Translations under genes and position numbers: made by a program | The notes under the pieces: model-generated | What the model was told of the DNA's origin: nothing | What the model saw: only the letters and a program-made list of their open reading frames with translations | The model's database searches: none | Shown: positions 47,780-57,744 of the stretch, piece by piece | Numbering within the stretch: position 1 is the stretch's first letter | How the letters are laid out: every line of letters begins with the position of its first letter | Assembly: GCA_046758745.1 (NCBI GenBank) | Contig: JBHIAV010000008.1 | Location: 28,663-92,662 of the forward strand | Reading direction: 5' to 3' | DNA length: 64,000 nucleotides | Source: Gemmatimonadota bacterium | GTDB lineage: Bacteria > Gemmatimonadota > Gemmatimonadetes > Palauibacterales > Palauibacteraceae

Positions 47780-49531
47780 CTAGTCCGTCTCGTACACGAG
47801 CTGCCCGTCCACGATGGTGAGGTCGGGAGAGGCTTCGAGTAGCTCCTCCGGGGAGACCGACATGAGGTCTCGGTCCCACACCACGAGATCGGCGAGCATC
47901 CCCGGCTCGAGAGTTCCCTTGCGCTCCTCCTCGAACTCCGCGTACGCCGAGCCCGCCGTGTAGAGCCGGATCGCCTCCGCCACGGAGAGGCGCTGTGCCG
48001 GGATCCATCCCCCGGCCGGCGTCCCCGGCTCCTCGCGGGACTGCCGGGTGACGGCCGAGTATATCCCTTCGATGGGCGCAAGCGGCTCGACGGCGAAGTC
48101 GGTCCCGAAGGCGATCGCCGCTCCTGCGTCGAGCAGCGATCGCCAGGCGTAGGCACCCTCCTCGGCCCGCTCCCGCCCGATGAGGGTCTCTGCCCACCGC
48201 ATGTCGCTCGTGGCATGCGTGGGCTGCATGGAGGCGATCACGCCCAGGCGGGCGAAGCGAGGGATGTCCGCCCGGTCGAGGATCTGAGCGTGCTCGATCC
48301 TGTGCCGTCGCGTCCGCTCCGCTCCCGCTGCGACCAGCGAAGCGAAGGCATCGAGCACGGCGCGGTTCGCCGCGTCGCCGATGGCGTGCACGGTGACCTG
48401 GAGCCCAGCCTCATCCGCTTCTCGGATCAACCCCTCGAGCTCCGAGAGAGGTACCGTGACGATGCCCCGCGTCGAGGGGTCGTCCGTGTAGGGCTCGAGC
48501 ATCCATGCCGTTCGCGAGCCGAGCGTCCCGTCCGAGTAGCCCTTCAGCATGCCCACACGGAGCCAGGCGTCGCCGAACCCGGCGGTGATCCCGTCCCTCC
48601 GGTACGCGGCGATGTTCTCGGCGGTGAGCGGCAGCCAGGCGTACACTCGGGCGGTGAGCTCGCCTTTCCCGAGCAGCTCGCGGTACATCCGGATCTCGCG
48701 CCGCGTAGCGCTCGTCTGTACGCTCGTCACACCCGTGCGGCGCGCGAGGTCCAGCACGGCTCGGATCGCTCGCCGAACCGTGGCGTCCGACGGCTCCGGG
48801 ATCACCCTTGCCACGAGCTCCTCTGCCGTCTCCTTGAGGATCCCGGTCGGTGCGCCGGTCGCCGGATCCAGGATGATCTCTCCGCCGGGCGGGTCGGGCG
48901 TGTCAGGCCCGATCCCGGCCAGCCGCAGGGCGGCGCTGTTGACCCACGCCGTGTGCCCGTCGACCCGTCTGAGGTAGACCGGGTTGTCCGGAGCCGCGCG
49001 ATCGAGCGCCTCCTTCGTCGGCCACCCTCCCGGGCCCAGCTCCTCGGGCGCGAGCCGTGTGTGGTCCCAGCCGCGTCCCTCGATCCACTCGCCCGGGGCA
49101 GCCGCCGAGACCGCCTCAGCGACCCGCGCTTCGATCTCGGCGAGGGACGATGTGCCTTGCAGTCGCAGGTTGAGCAGGCTGAGCCCCCCGGAGCCGATGT
49201 GCGAGTGAGCGTCGTTCATTCCGGGGGTCACGAGCCGTCCGTTCAGCTCCACCACGCGGGTTCCGGGGCCGATGGTGGCCTCGATCTCCGAGAGAGAGCC
49301 CGCGGCCAGCACGGTGTTGTCCCGGAGGGCGATTGCTCGTGCTACGGTCCCGGCCGAGTCCGCGAGAAAGACCGGCCCGCCGCGGAGTACGAGGTCCGCT
49401 CGCCGGCCGCCCCTCCCACTCCGGCCGCAGGCGGCGCACGGGAGCGCGAGCCACACGAGGCAGAGGGCGGCGAGCCGCCGCCCCCCCGCCGAACCGGGTC
49501 CGGTCATCGGGGGTCTCCTCTCCCTCGGCAT
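47780..49531 (-). CDS. Amidohydrolase_3 (YtcJ-like), probably exported or a lipoprotein
   Basis: 'PG.NDAHSH', 'K.YSDG.LGSRTA', 'HAIGD', 'RIEHAQ', 'SMQP.H', 'GTD', 'GTLEPGMLADLVV'. N-terminal hydrophobic segment ending 'AAC'. Confidence 0.9.
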   Translation of the reverse strand: MPRERRPPMTGPGSAGGRRLAALCLVWLALPCAACGRSGRGGRRADLVLRGGPVFLADSAGTVARAIALRDNTVLAAGSLSEIEATIGPGTRVVELNGRLVTPGMNDAHSHIGSGGLSLLNLRLQGTSSLAEIEARVAEAVSAAAPGEWIEGRGWDHTRLAPEELGPGGWPTKEALDRAAPDNPVYLRRVDGHTAWVNSAALRLAGIGPDTPDPPGGEIILDPATGAPTGILKETAEELVARVIPEPSDATVRRAIRAVLDLARRTGVTSVQTSATRREIRMYRELLGKGELTARVYAWLPLTAENIAAYRRDGITAGFGDAWLRVGMLKGYSDGTLGSRTAWMLEPYTDDPSTRGIVTVPLSELEGLIREADEAGLQVTVHAIGDAANRAVLDAFASLVAAGAERTRRHRIEHAQILDRADIPRFARLGVIASMQPTHATSDMRWAETLIGRERAEEGAYAWRSLLDAGAAIAFGTDFAVEPLAPIEGIYSAVTRQSREEPGTPAGGWIPAQRLSVAEAIRLYTAGSAYAEFEEERKGTLEPGMLADLVVWDRDLMSVSPEELLEASPDLTIVDGQLVYETD

Positions 49532-49544
49532 CGGCGCGCCGGGC

Positions 49545-50165
49545 TCACGCGGGACCGGGCGGCGCCAGGCCGGCGATCGCTACACGACCCCGGCCCAGCC
49601 AGCGGATCGCTCGCAAGTCACCGTTCTTCACCTCGATCTCCTGGTATCTGGAGAGCGGCTCCGAGAGCGCGGCGAGCCACAGCACACGGATGAGGGCCAG
49701 ATGCGTGACGACGACGACAGGTCGTTCAGGCTCGGAGAGCTCGGCGTGCGCGATTCGGTCCACCGCATCCAATGCCCTCCGCTGCACGTCCAGCAGGGAC
49801 TCCCTCCCCTCCAGGGAGAACCGGTGCGCCGCCGCCTTCCACTCCGCGTACTCCGCCGGCCAGCGCGCCTTCACCTCTCCCTCCGTGAGATCCTTCCACG
49901 GGCCGACCTCGATCTCGCGCAGGTCGTGAACGGTGCGAACGTCGGCTCCGATCTCCGCGGAGAGGAACTCGGCCGTCTCCACGGCGCGGCGGACGGGGCT
50001 GGTGTACACCCGGCGAACCCGGAACGGCCGCAGACGCGCCGCGAGGGAGAACGTCTGCTCCCTTCCGCGGGCATTGAGGCGGTCGTCGTTCCAGCCGGCG
50101 TACCGGGCCTCGAGGTTAGAATCCGTCTCCCCGTGCCGGACCAGCAGCAGCTCTGGTCTCTCCAC
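49545..50165 (-). CDS. Histidine phosphatase family protein
   Basis: 'LVRHGET', 'SP..RA.ETA', 'LREI', 'ES', 'VTH'. GTG 50165 chosen as start. Confidence 0.88.
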   Translation of the reverse strand: MERPELLLVRHGETDSNLEARYAGWNDDRLNARGREQTFSLAARLRPFRVRRVYTSPVRRAVETAEFLSAEIGADVRTVHDLREIEVGPWKDLTEGEVKARWPAEYAEWKAAAHRFSLEGRESLLDVQRRALDAVDRIAHAELSEPERPVVVVTHLALIRVLWLAALSEPLSRYQEIEVKNGDLRAIRWLGRGRVAIAGLAPPGPA

Positions 50166-50287
50166 TGGCGATTCATCCGTGGGTGGCCGCGTGACGGCGG
50201 CGTGAAGCTCGGTGTTCGGGCCGCATGGGGCTGGGCCCTCGCTCGGCGGCCGGCGCCCGTCCAGCCCCTCGTGCGTCACCTTTGTAG

Positions 50288-53200
50288 GTGACCGAACGTT
50301 CCATATATTGGCTCGGTTCATCCAGGGGGGAAGCCCGTTTCGATTCGCTCATCAGCTGGACCACGTGCGAGGGTATCGTTCGGCGGGGAGATCGGGGCGG
50401 CCCGGCGACGTCGAGGGCCGCTAGGCTGACTCGTCTCGCTGCGTCGCAGCGCGGCCGCGGCCCGTCCTCCCCCCTCCGCGTCGACCGGTCGATCCGGCTC
50501 CGATTTCCGTTCCAGGCGGCGGTGGCGTTCCTCTCCGTCTTCCTCCCAGCCGCGACCGCCGTGCAGGCACAGGATCCGGCTCCGGTGGCCGACAGCGTCG
50601 CGTCTGAAGACGTGGCGAAGGGGCGAACGCCGGCGCTGGAGGCGCCCGCACGAGACGCCGAGGCGGCCGCGGTGGACACGCCCTCACCCCCTCCCGACAC
50701 GGTCCCCACGGGACTCCGCCTTGGACTGGGTCGGGTTCCCCTCGTCTGGCCTCACGATCTCGGCACGCCCGAGCCGCGGCCCGGGCCCCTCTCGCCCGCT
50801 TCCCCGCTCGGCGCCACGGAATGGCTTGAGCGGGCCCTCGCGCGGCGGGACACGCTGTTGGCGGCCCACCGGGATACGCTGTGGCTCGCCAGCCTCTTCC
50901 TCGACAAGCTGTCCGGCACGCCCCTGCGACGTATGGGCCCGGTCGGGCCCGACACGACAGGTGAACTGGTCGGGGCCCGCCGGGATGCCGCCCGAGCGCC
51001 GCAGATCCTGCCCGATGCCCTGAGCCGCTACGCGGACCTCGACCTACAGGTGGGAGGGTCCGGTCAGCTGAGGGCGCGGTGGGAGACCTTCTCGCCCTGT
51101 GTCGTGGGTTTCGGGGTGAACTGCAACGCGGGGGCCGTCCCGGACATCTCTCCCGAGTTCCAGCTGCAGGCCGTAGCCCGGGGCACGATCTCGGAGCGCG
51201 TCCACGTGGACGTCGACTTCGATCAAACCCGTGAGTTCAACGCCGTCAACAACATCAGCGTGTTCTACCTCGGGCGGCCGGACGAGATCGTGCGAAAGAT
51301 CGAGCTGGGCGAGGTCACCATGCCTCTGCCGCGGTCCCGATTCATCTCCCGCGGAATTCCGGCGGGCAACTTCGGTGTCCGCGGCGAGCTACGGCTCGGG
51401 GCTCTCGAGCTGCAGGCCGTGGTCGCCGAGCAGGGAGGGAACATTCAGGACCGCGAGATCACCCTGGACGTGAGCGGTGGCGAGCAGGGGGTCCTGCAGG
51501 ACCTTGAGGTTGTCCTGGACGACGCGGGATACCAGGGCGGGCAGTTCTACTTCACAGTCGATCCGCGGCGCATCGCCGGCTATCCGCTGATCGACGTGCT
51601 CAACCTCCAGGGAACCGAGGTCCCGGACAGCCTGCGCCCCTTCTCCAGCGTCAAGCTGTACCGCCGCGAATCGTCGATCGGGACGCAGGTGCAGAACACC
51701 GAATCGGGCGTGATCCAGGCCCGTGCCGTCGCCGTGCGGCCGCCGGGGGCGGATCCGACCCTCCCCGACAGCACGGAGTTCCGAGGCTTCTTCCGGCCGC
51801 TGGTCGAGGGGGAGGACTTCATCGTGCACCGCAGCGGCCTGTGGGTGGTGGTGCGCTCCCGCATACTCCGCGACGAGGCGCTCGCGGCCGCGTACATCTC
51901 GGTGACGGGTGGGTCGATCGGCGACTTCGATGCCGAGGAGAAGTTCCGTCAGCTCTCCAACACCGGCCAGGGGGAGCTGCCGCGTCTCGTCCTCCTCAAC
52001 GACCCGGAGACGCATCGCCCGGGCGGGCTCACCTGGGAGCGGGAGATGCACCACATCTACCGCATCTCGGGCTCGGAGGATGTGGAGCCCGGCAGCGTCC
52101 AGCTGACCATCTCGCAGGGCGCGATCGAGTCCGGGCCGATCATACGCTCGTTCGAGGGGATCGACTTCACCTTCCTCGAGATCTTCGGGCTCGATGATCA
52201 GCCGCGGGACGACCGTCTGGACGAAGGCCGCATCTGGCGACCGCGCAACGCCGGCGATTTCAGCGGCAACACGGTGATCGCAGGGAGCTACCTTGTCTTC
52301 CCCGCCCTGGAGCCGTTCCAGGATCCTCCTGTGCTTCGTGCGTCGCGCGTCCCCTCGCTGCAGGGGCAACCGTTCCCGCTCACCGAAGGCGACCGCAACC
52401 GCACCATCTACGAGGATCCGATCGACCAGACGCGGAACAGCAGTTCCCTGTATCGACTCAACTTCCGCTACCGGTCGCGCAGCACGGGTCGAGCCAGCTC
52501 CTTCTCGCTCGGTGCCATCGGCATACGTGACGGCAGCGAGCGCGTCACCCTGAACGGTCGAGACCTCGTCCGCGGAGAGGACTACACGATCGACTACGAA
52601 ATCGGGCGGCTGACCCTGATTCGTTCCGACGAGCTTTTCAGCGGGGTGGCGAAGCCGGCGCTGTCGGTGCGGTTCGAGCAGAAGCCCCTCTTCGAGGTGG
52701 CACGGAAATCGATCATCGGCCTCACCGGGACCTATCGTCTCGGCGAGTGGGGCCGGTTGGGTTTCGTCGGACTGTCCCAGAGCGAGAGCACGGTGCTCAC
52801 GCGTCCCGAGCTGGGGCTCGAGCCCGGCGGCATGAAGCTCGGAGGCGTCACGGCCGACGTGAATCTGAACGCCCCGTTCCTCACCCGCGCCATGAACGCC
52901 CTGCCCGGGGTCAGCACCGACCGCGCGAGCTGGATACAGCTGGACGGCGAGCTGGCAGGCTCGGTGCCCACCACGAATCGCTTCGGCACCACCTTCGTGG
53001 ACGACTTCGAGGGCGCCACCGGATTGGCGGTCCCGCTGGTGACCCGGGCGTGGCGGCACGGCTCGCTCCTCTCCCGTCCCGAGGAGGACGGCCTTCAGAA
53101 CTTTCTCCCGGATCCTCCCGACGGGACGAACCAGCTGCAGGCGACATGGCAGTCGCAGTGGCTGGATCAAACCCTGGTTCGGGGCCCGCTCCTCACCCTA

Positions 53201-56200
53201 CAGGTCGATCCGGCTCTGCGGGTCCTGAACCCGACTGCGCAGGAGACCGTGCTGTGGATCAGCCTGGCGGATGCGCCGCCGGGGGGCGGCAAGGGGTGGG
53301 CGGCCATCACGCACGTTCTCTCCCAGACCGGGCTCGACCTGACGACCTCGGAGTTTCTTGAGTTCTACGCCAGCACGCTCGGGAACGAGTCGCCGGAACT
53401 GGCGCTGATCATCGATGTGGGCGTCGTTTCCGAGGATGCATTTGTGCGGGACTCGCTCGGCTTGGTGTCCGGCCGGGGGTTGCTCGATCAGGAGGCCGAC
53501 CCGGCCGTCGGCGTGTGGGGCATCCGGGATGACACGGGGCTGTGGGGCCAGGGGTGCCGCTCCCAGCCCAACACGACAGCCTTCCCTCTCGGGGATGAGC
53601 GGGCGAACTGCACCGACAACAATGGGTTCGAGGACACGGAAGACCTAAACCGGGACAACTTCCTCAACACGGATGAGCGATTCTTTCGCTACATCGTCCC
53701 GCTGAATCTGCCTTCCCGCTACCTCAACCGTGCCACCGGGGGCGAGTTCCGCTTCAGCCTGTACAAGATCCCGCTCCGCGATCCGGACCTCAGAGAGGGC
53801 CTCACGGATCAGGGGCTGCAGAGCATCCGACACATACGGATCACGCTCACGGCCGACGCACCTGCACGGGTGCTCCTCAGCCGGATGGACTTCACGGGAT
53901 CGCCGTGGCTGAAACGGGCGGGCACGGGGAGCGCGGGCGGCCTTGCCGGCTCCGTCCCGGGCTCGGCCGGGACCGTCACGGTCGGCTCGATATCAACGCG
54001 GGAAGCCAGCTACGTCTCGCCACCGGGCGTAGTGGAGCAACAGGCGGATCGAACGGACGAGATCGCCCTTACCGCCACACAGTTCAACGAGCAGTCGCTG
54101 CGCGTCACGTTCTCCGACATCCCGCCCGGTGAGCGGATCGAGGTGTTTCGCCGCTTCGCCGAGACGACCCGCAACTTCCTCCGGTACCGACGGATGCGCG
54201 CATGGGTGCTTCCGGTTCGGGGCGAGTGGGGACAGATGTCGCCCCTCCGCTTCTCCGTTCGCGTCGGTTTCGATGAGAACAACTTCTATCTGTACCGCAC
54301 GCCCCGTCCGGCCGTGCCGGAAACCCCCACCTCCCAGGATTGGCGCCCGGAGATTCGCATAGAGATGGAGCGGTGGGTTCGGCTGCGAGCCGCAGCGGAA
54401 CAGCGCATCCTGGCGAGCCGGGGAGGGCTCCCCGGCGACAGCGCGCTCGTGGTGTGGGATGTGGATGTGCTGCCGGATGGGGACAGCACGTACGCGGTGG
54501 TGATCAACGATCGCTCTCGTGCCCCGAACCTCGCGGCGATCCGGGAGATGGCCATCGGGATCGAGAACATCGGCACGGAGGCGTTAGGGGGAGGAGAGAT
54601 CTGGGTCAACGATCTCCGCCTCGACCAGGCGGCCGACGACACCGGCGTCGCGGCACGGGGAGCGCTGGATCTCCGCGCGGCGGACATCCTCTCCCTGCAG
54701 GCAGACTACGACAGGCAGAATCCGTTCTTCCGGCAGCTCGGGCAGGGGCCGAGCTTCGAGTCGAGCTGGGGGTTCAACTCGCGCGCCCGCCTGCAATTCG
54801 GCCGGTTCCTTCCGGCTCGATGGGGCCTGGCCGTCCCCCTCGAGCTTCAGCACGCTCGCTCGAGCAACGACCCCTTCTTCCTTCCCTCGACGGATGTTCG
54901 GGCGAGCGAGATCGCGGGGCTGCGGACCGGTGAGAGCGAGCTGACGCGGTTCAACGTGTCCCTGTCGAGGCAGGGCCGCTCGGCCAGCCCGATTCTCCGA
55001 TCGACGATCGATGGGCTGCGCATCGGCTACTCGCGCGGCTGGTCCAGCCGGGTCACCACTCAGAGCGCAACGTCGGGGTGGAGCTGGAACCTGGGGGTCG
55101 ACTGGGGCCGCAACGTGACCGACCAGTCGATCCGCGTCCTGCCCGGCTTCCTGCGGGGCTTCATCGATCTTCTTCCGGACTTCATCAGCGAGTCCCAGCT
55201 TCTGAAGAACCTCAAGGATCTGCGTTTCCGCTGGACCCCACGGGCGCTGAGGCTCGGCGCCACTCTGGCGCAATCGGAAGACCGGATCCGCCGTTTCCAG
55301 AGCACGGTCCGCCGGCCGGCTGACGGCTCGGTCCAGCCGTCTATCAGACGGGACCGTCCCCTTCGCCCCGCCGCCGGGATCGACCTGCAACCATTCCCCT
55401 CTCTCACGGCGAGCCTGGATTTCAGCTCTACACGGGACCTCGTTCCGGCCTTGCTGCGAGTCAAGGGCGCCACTTCCCGACAGCTCCTGAGGAACGAGAG
55501 ACGGGAGCTCCTGGGGATGAACATCGGCTGGGAGACGTCCCGCACGATCACCACGCGCCTCTCCTACCGGCCGAGGCTCGCGAGCTGGTTCGAGCCTGCT
55601 CTCACCGTGACCACGGGATTCACCACGAACCGCTCCGAGTCGTATATACAGACGCTCGGCGAAGACACCACCCTGGTGCGTGACATGCGCACCGACCGCC
55701 AGACGCGACTCAACCTCAGCGTGCACCCGGACCGGTTCCTAACCGCGTTCGGTGTGCCGGAGCGATCCGAGGCCGGCGGAGCCGTCAGGGCGATCCGGTC
55801 CGTGTGGGACCGGATCAAACCGATCCGGTTCGACTGGAACCGACGTGTCAACGCCTCCTTCGACCGGGCGGAAGTCGCCCCGGCGTTCAGCGATCAGTTC
55901 GTCACCGCGAGGCTCGACAACCTCAGAATCGCGGGCACGGACACGGCTTCCTCGGCCGGAGCCAGCGAGCGCTGGTCCCTCGAGGGCGGCTACCGCTTTC
56001 CGGCCAGCCTGGAGGGAACGCTGCGTTATGCGGTCGTCGAGGGCCGCACGTTCACGCTACTCAGCGAGCGCCGCAGAAGGGAGATCGAATGGCCGAGCCT
56101 GACCGTTCGGTGGCGACGAGTCCCGCTCCCGAAGGGGCTGCGGGGGGTCATCAACAACCTGAGCCTCAACAGCGGGTTCGTACAACGTGAGCGCCTGACC

Positions 56201-56734
56201 AACACGGTGACCGGTCAGGACCTGGGCGACGACCAGACCGGGATCACGGTCGGCGGCATCCTCACGTTCGGCAACGGCTTCAACCTCAGCTACCAATATG
56301 AGAAGACCACGACCGAGCGCAGGGACGCCACGGGGTCGAGCGACACCAACCGCGGCTCGCACGACGTGCGGGCGACCGGCACCCTCCAACCGCCGGACTC
56401 ATGGCGCTTCCTCAGGCGACCCATTCGCCTGTCGCTCGCCTACAGCCGCAACGGAAACTTCGAGTGCCGCGAGATCGGCGGCGCCGGGTTCGCGGGGTTC
56501 GGCGGAACCGGGCTGCTGGTGGGGGAGGATTGCGTCTCGCACGTGGACCAGACGACGCAGAACGTCAGCTTCACGCTGGACACCGACTTCACTGGCTACT
56601 CCCTGGGGATCCAGCTGACCTGGGTGCAGCGCGCGAGCGAAGTGGGGCGTCAGCTTCGGACCAATCAGTACAACTTGAACATCTTCGGCCGCTTCTTCTT
56701 CCGCACCGAAACGGAGGCCGAGGTCCGCCCCTGA
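50288..56734 (+). CDS. sprA: SprA/Sov-like giant outer-membrane beta-barrel (T9SS translocon homolog)
   Basis: ~2100 aa, signal-like 'AAVAFLSVFLPAATAVQA|QD'. SprA-type motifs 'GEDYTIDY', 'FVDDFEG', 'EFLEF', 'DTEDLNRDN', 'FNEQSL', 'IWVNDLRL', and alternating amphipathic beta-strands. The true start is probably between 50426 and 50522. Confidence 0.8.
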   Translation: MTERSIYWLGSSRGEARFDSLISWTTCEGIVRRGDRGGPATSRAARLTRLAASQRGRGPSSPLRVDRSIRLRFPFQAAVAFLSVFLPAATAVQAQDPAPVADSVASEDVAKGRTPALEAPARDAEAAAVDTPSPPPDTVPTGLRLGLGRVPLVWPHDLGTPEPRPGPLSPASPLGATEWLERALARRDTLLAAHRDTLWLASLFLDKLSGTPLRRMGPVGPDTTGELVGARRDAARAPQILPDALSRYADLDLQVGGSGQLRARWETFSPCVVGFGVNCNAGAVPDISPEFQLQAVARGTISERVHVDVDFDQTREFNAVNNISVFYLGRPDEIVRKIELGEVTMPLPRSRFISRGIPAGNFGVRGELRLGALELQAVVAEQGGNIQDREITLDVSGGEQGVLQDLEVVLDDAGYQGGQFYFTVDPRRIAGYPLIDVLNLQGTEVPDSLRPFSSVKLYRRESSIGTQVQNTESGVIQARAVAVRPPGADPTLPDSTEFRGFFRPLVEGEDFIVHRSGLWVVVRSRILRDEALAAAYISVTGGSIGDFDAEEKFRQLSNTGQGELPRLVLLNDPETHRPGGLTWEREMHHIYRISGSEDVEPGSVQLTISQGAIESGPIIRSFEGIDFTFLEIFGLDDQPRDDRLDEGRIWRPRNAGDFSGNTVIAGSYLVFPALEPFQDPPVLRASRVPSLQGQPFPLTEGDRNRTIYEDPIDQTRNSSSLYRLNFRYRSRSTGRASSFSLGAIGIRDGSERVTLNGRDLVRGEDYTIDYEIGRLTLIRSDELFSGVAKPALSVRFEQKPLFEVARKSIIGLTGTYRLGEWGRLGFVGLSQSESTVLTRPELGLEPGGMKLGGVTADVNLNAPFLTRAMNALPGVSTDRASWIQLDGELAGSVPTTNRFGTTFVDDFEGATGLAVPLVTRAWRHGSLLSRPEEDGLQNFLPDPPDGTNQLQATWQSQWLDQTLVRGPLLTLQVDPALRVLNPTAQETVLWISLADAPPGGGKGWAAITHVLSQTGLDLTTSEFLEFYASTLGNESPELALIIDVGVVSEDAFVRDSLGLVSGRGLLDQEADPAVGVWGIRDDTGLWGQGCRSQPNTTAFPLGDERANCTDNNGFEDTEDLNRDNFLNTDERFFRYIVPLNLPSRYLNRATGGEFRFSLYKIPLRDPDLREGLTDQGLQSIRHIRITLTADAPARVLLSRMDFTGSPWLKRAGTGSAGGLAGSVPGSAGTVTVGSISTREASYVSPPGVVEQQADRTDEIALTATQFNEQSLRVTFSDIPPGERIEVFRRFAETTRNFLRYRRMRAWVLPVRGEWGQMSPLRFSVRVGFDENNFYLYRTPRPAVPETPTSQDWRPEIRIEMERWVRLRAAAEQRILASRGGLPGDSALVVWDVDVLPDGDSTYAVVINDRSRAPNLAAIREMAIGIENIGTEALGGGEIWVNDLRLDQAADDTGVAARGALDLRAADILSLQADYDRQNPFFRQLGQGPSFESSWGFNSRARLQFGRFLPARWGLAVPLELQHARSSNDPFFLPSTDVRASEIAGLRTGESELTRFNVSLSRQGRSASPILRSTIDGLRIGYSRGWSSRVTTQSATSGWSWNLGVDWGRNVTDQSIRVLPGFLRGFIDLLPDFISESQLLKNLKDLRFRWTPRALRLGATLAQSEDRIRRFQSTVRRPADGSVQPSIRRDRPLRPAAGIDLQPFPSLTASLDFSSTRDLVPALLRVKGATSRQLLRNERRELLGMNIGWETSRTITTRLSYRPRLASWFEPALTVTTGFTTNRSESYIQTLGEDTTLVRDMRTDRQTRLNLSVHPDRFLTAFGVPERSEAGGAVRAIRSVWDRIKPIRFDWNRRVNASFDRAEVAPAFSDQFVTARLDNLRIAGTDTASSAGASERWSLEGGYRFPASLEGTLRYAVVEGRTFTLLSERRRREIEWPSLTVRWRRVPLPKGLRGVINNLSLNSGFVQRERLTNTVTGQDLGDDQTGITVGGILTFGNGFNLSYQYEKTTTERRDATGSSDTNRGSHDVRATGTLQPPDSWRFLRRPIRLSLAYSRNGNFECREIGGAGFAGFGGTGLLVGEDCVSHVDQTTQNVSFTLDTDFTGYSLGIQLTWVQRASEVGRQLRTNQYNLNIFGRFFFRTETEAEVRP

Positions 56735-56867
56735 TGCTCGGGCGGCGCGTTCGCCGAGGTCCCCCGTCCGCCGGCGCGGGGCGGTGGGAGCTGCCCCCGC
56801 CCCTCTCGTTGATCCGTCGTTGATTCCCGGTCGGAACGCTCCGATCGGGAGAAGGGGAGGTGCGGGC

Positions 56868-57578
56868 GTGCTGGATCTGAATCGGACGGAGAGACGGACC
56901 CTCCTGCTGGGTACCATGCTGGTCGCGCTCGGTGCGGCCGTGCGACTCGGTGTAGGTCCGGGAGAAGCGGCGTACTCCTGGCGGCCGGTCACGGGAACGG
57001 ATTCCGTACCGGACGCGGCGGCCGTTCGACGCGCGGTGCGAGCGGGAGTCGCCCGGGCCGCCCATGCCGCCCGGCCGCTCGCGCCGGGGGAACGGGTCGA
57101 CCCCAACACGGCGCCGGCCGTGGAGCTGGAGCGGCTCCCCGGCGTGGGGCCGGCGCGCGCCCAGGCGATCGTGGACGATCGGGGCCGCTCCGGGCCCTTC
57201 GCCAGCCTCGAAGAGCTGGCCCGCGTCCCGGGGATCGGCTCGGCCACGCTCCGCCGGCTGGCTCCGTACGTGACCCTGGCTCCCCGCCCGGCGGAGCGCG
57301 CACGCCTCCCCGCCCGCGTCGCCTCCCCTCCGGGCAGGAACCGGCCACCGGGCTCGGCGGGCGAGCGGCGACCCGGGGGGCGCGCGCCGGTGAATCTCAA
57401 CCGTGCGAGCGCCGAGGAGCTGCAGGCCCTCCCCGGGATCGGTCCCGTTCTCGCGGCACGCATCCTTCATCTGCGGGCCTCCCGAGGTCGCTTGCGCGCC
57501 GTGGAGGAACTGCTGGACGTTCCGGGTATAGGCCCGCGCAGGCTGGAGGTCCTTCGCCCGCTGGTCACGGCACCCTGA
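56868..57578 (+). CDS. comEA: ComEA-family DNA-binding protein with two HhH domains
   Basis: GGAGG RBS and GTG start, N-terminal TM, twice '(V)xxNxA...ELxxLPGxGP.xA..I...R...G.(F/L)..xEELxxVPGIG'. Confidence 0.88.
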   Translation: MLDLNRTERRTLLLGTMLVALGAAVRLGVGPGEAAYSWRPVTGTDSVPDAAAVRRAVRAGVARAAHAARPLAPGERVDPNTAPAVELERLPGVGPARAQAIVDDRGRSGPFASLEELARVPGIGSATLRRLAPYVTLAPRPAERARLPARVASPPGRNRPPGSAGERRPGGRAPVNLNRASAEELQALPGIGPVLAARILHLRASRGRLRAVEELLDVPGIGPRRLEVLRPLVTAP

Positions 57579-57744
57579 CCGGAGGAGGTGTGGCCGGCGA
57601 GGTCCGCACCCCGGCGGCACGTACCTTGCTCCGCCCTTCGCGCGCCGCCGGGCCGCTCGCGCCGGGTCGAACTCTCCTGCGCGATCCGCCCGTCGGCGTC
57701 GAGCGTCTAGGCCCGGCCGGTGTAACCCTTGCGTACGGCGGAAG

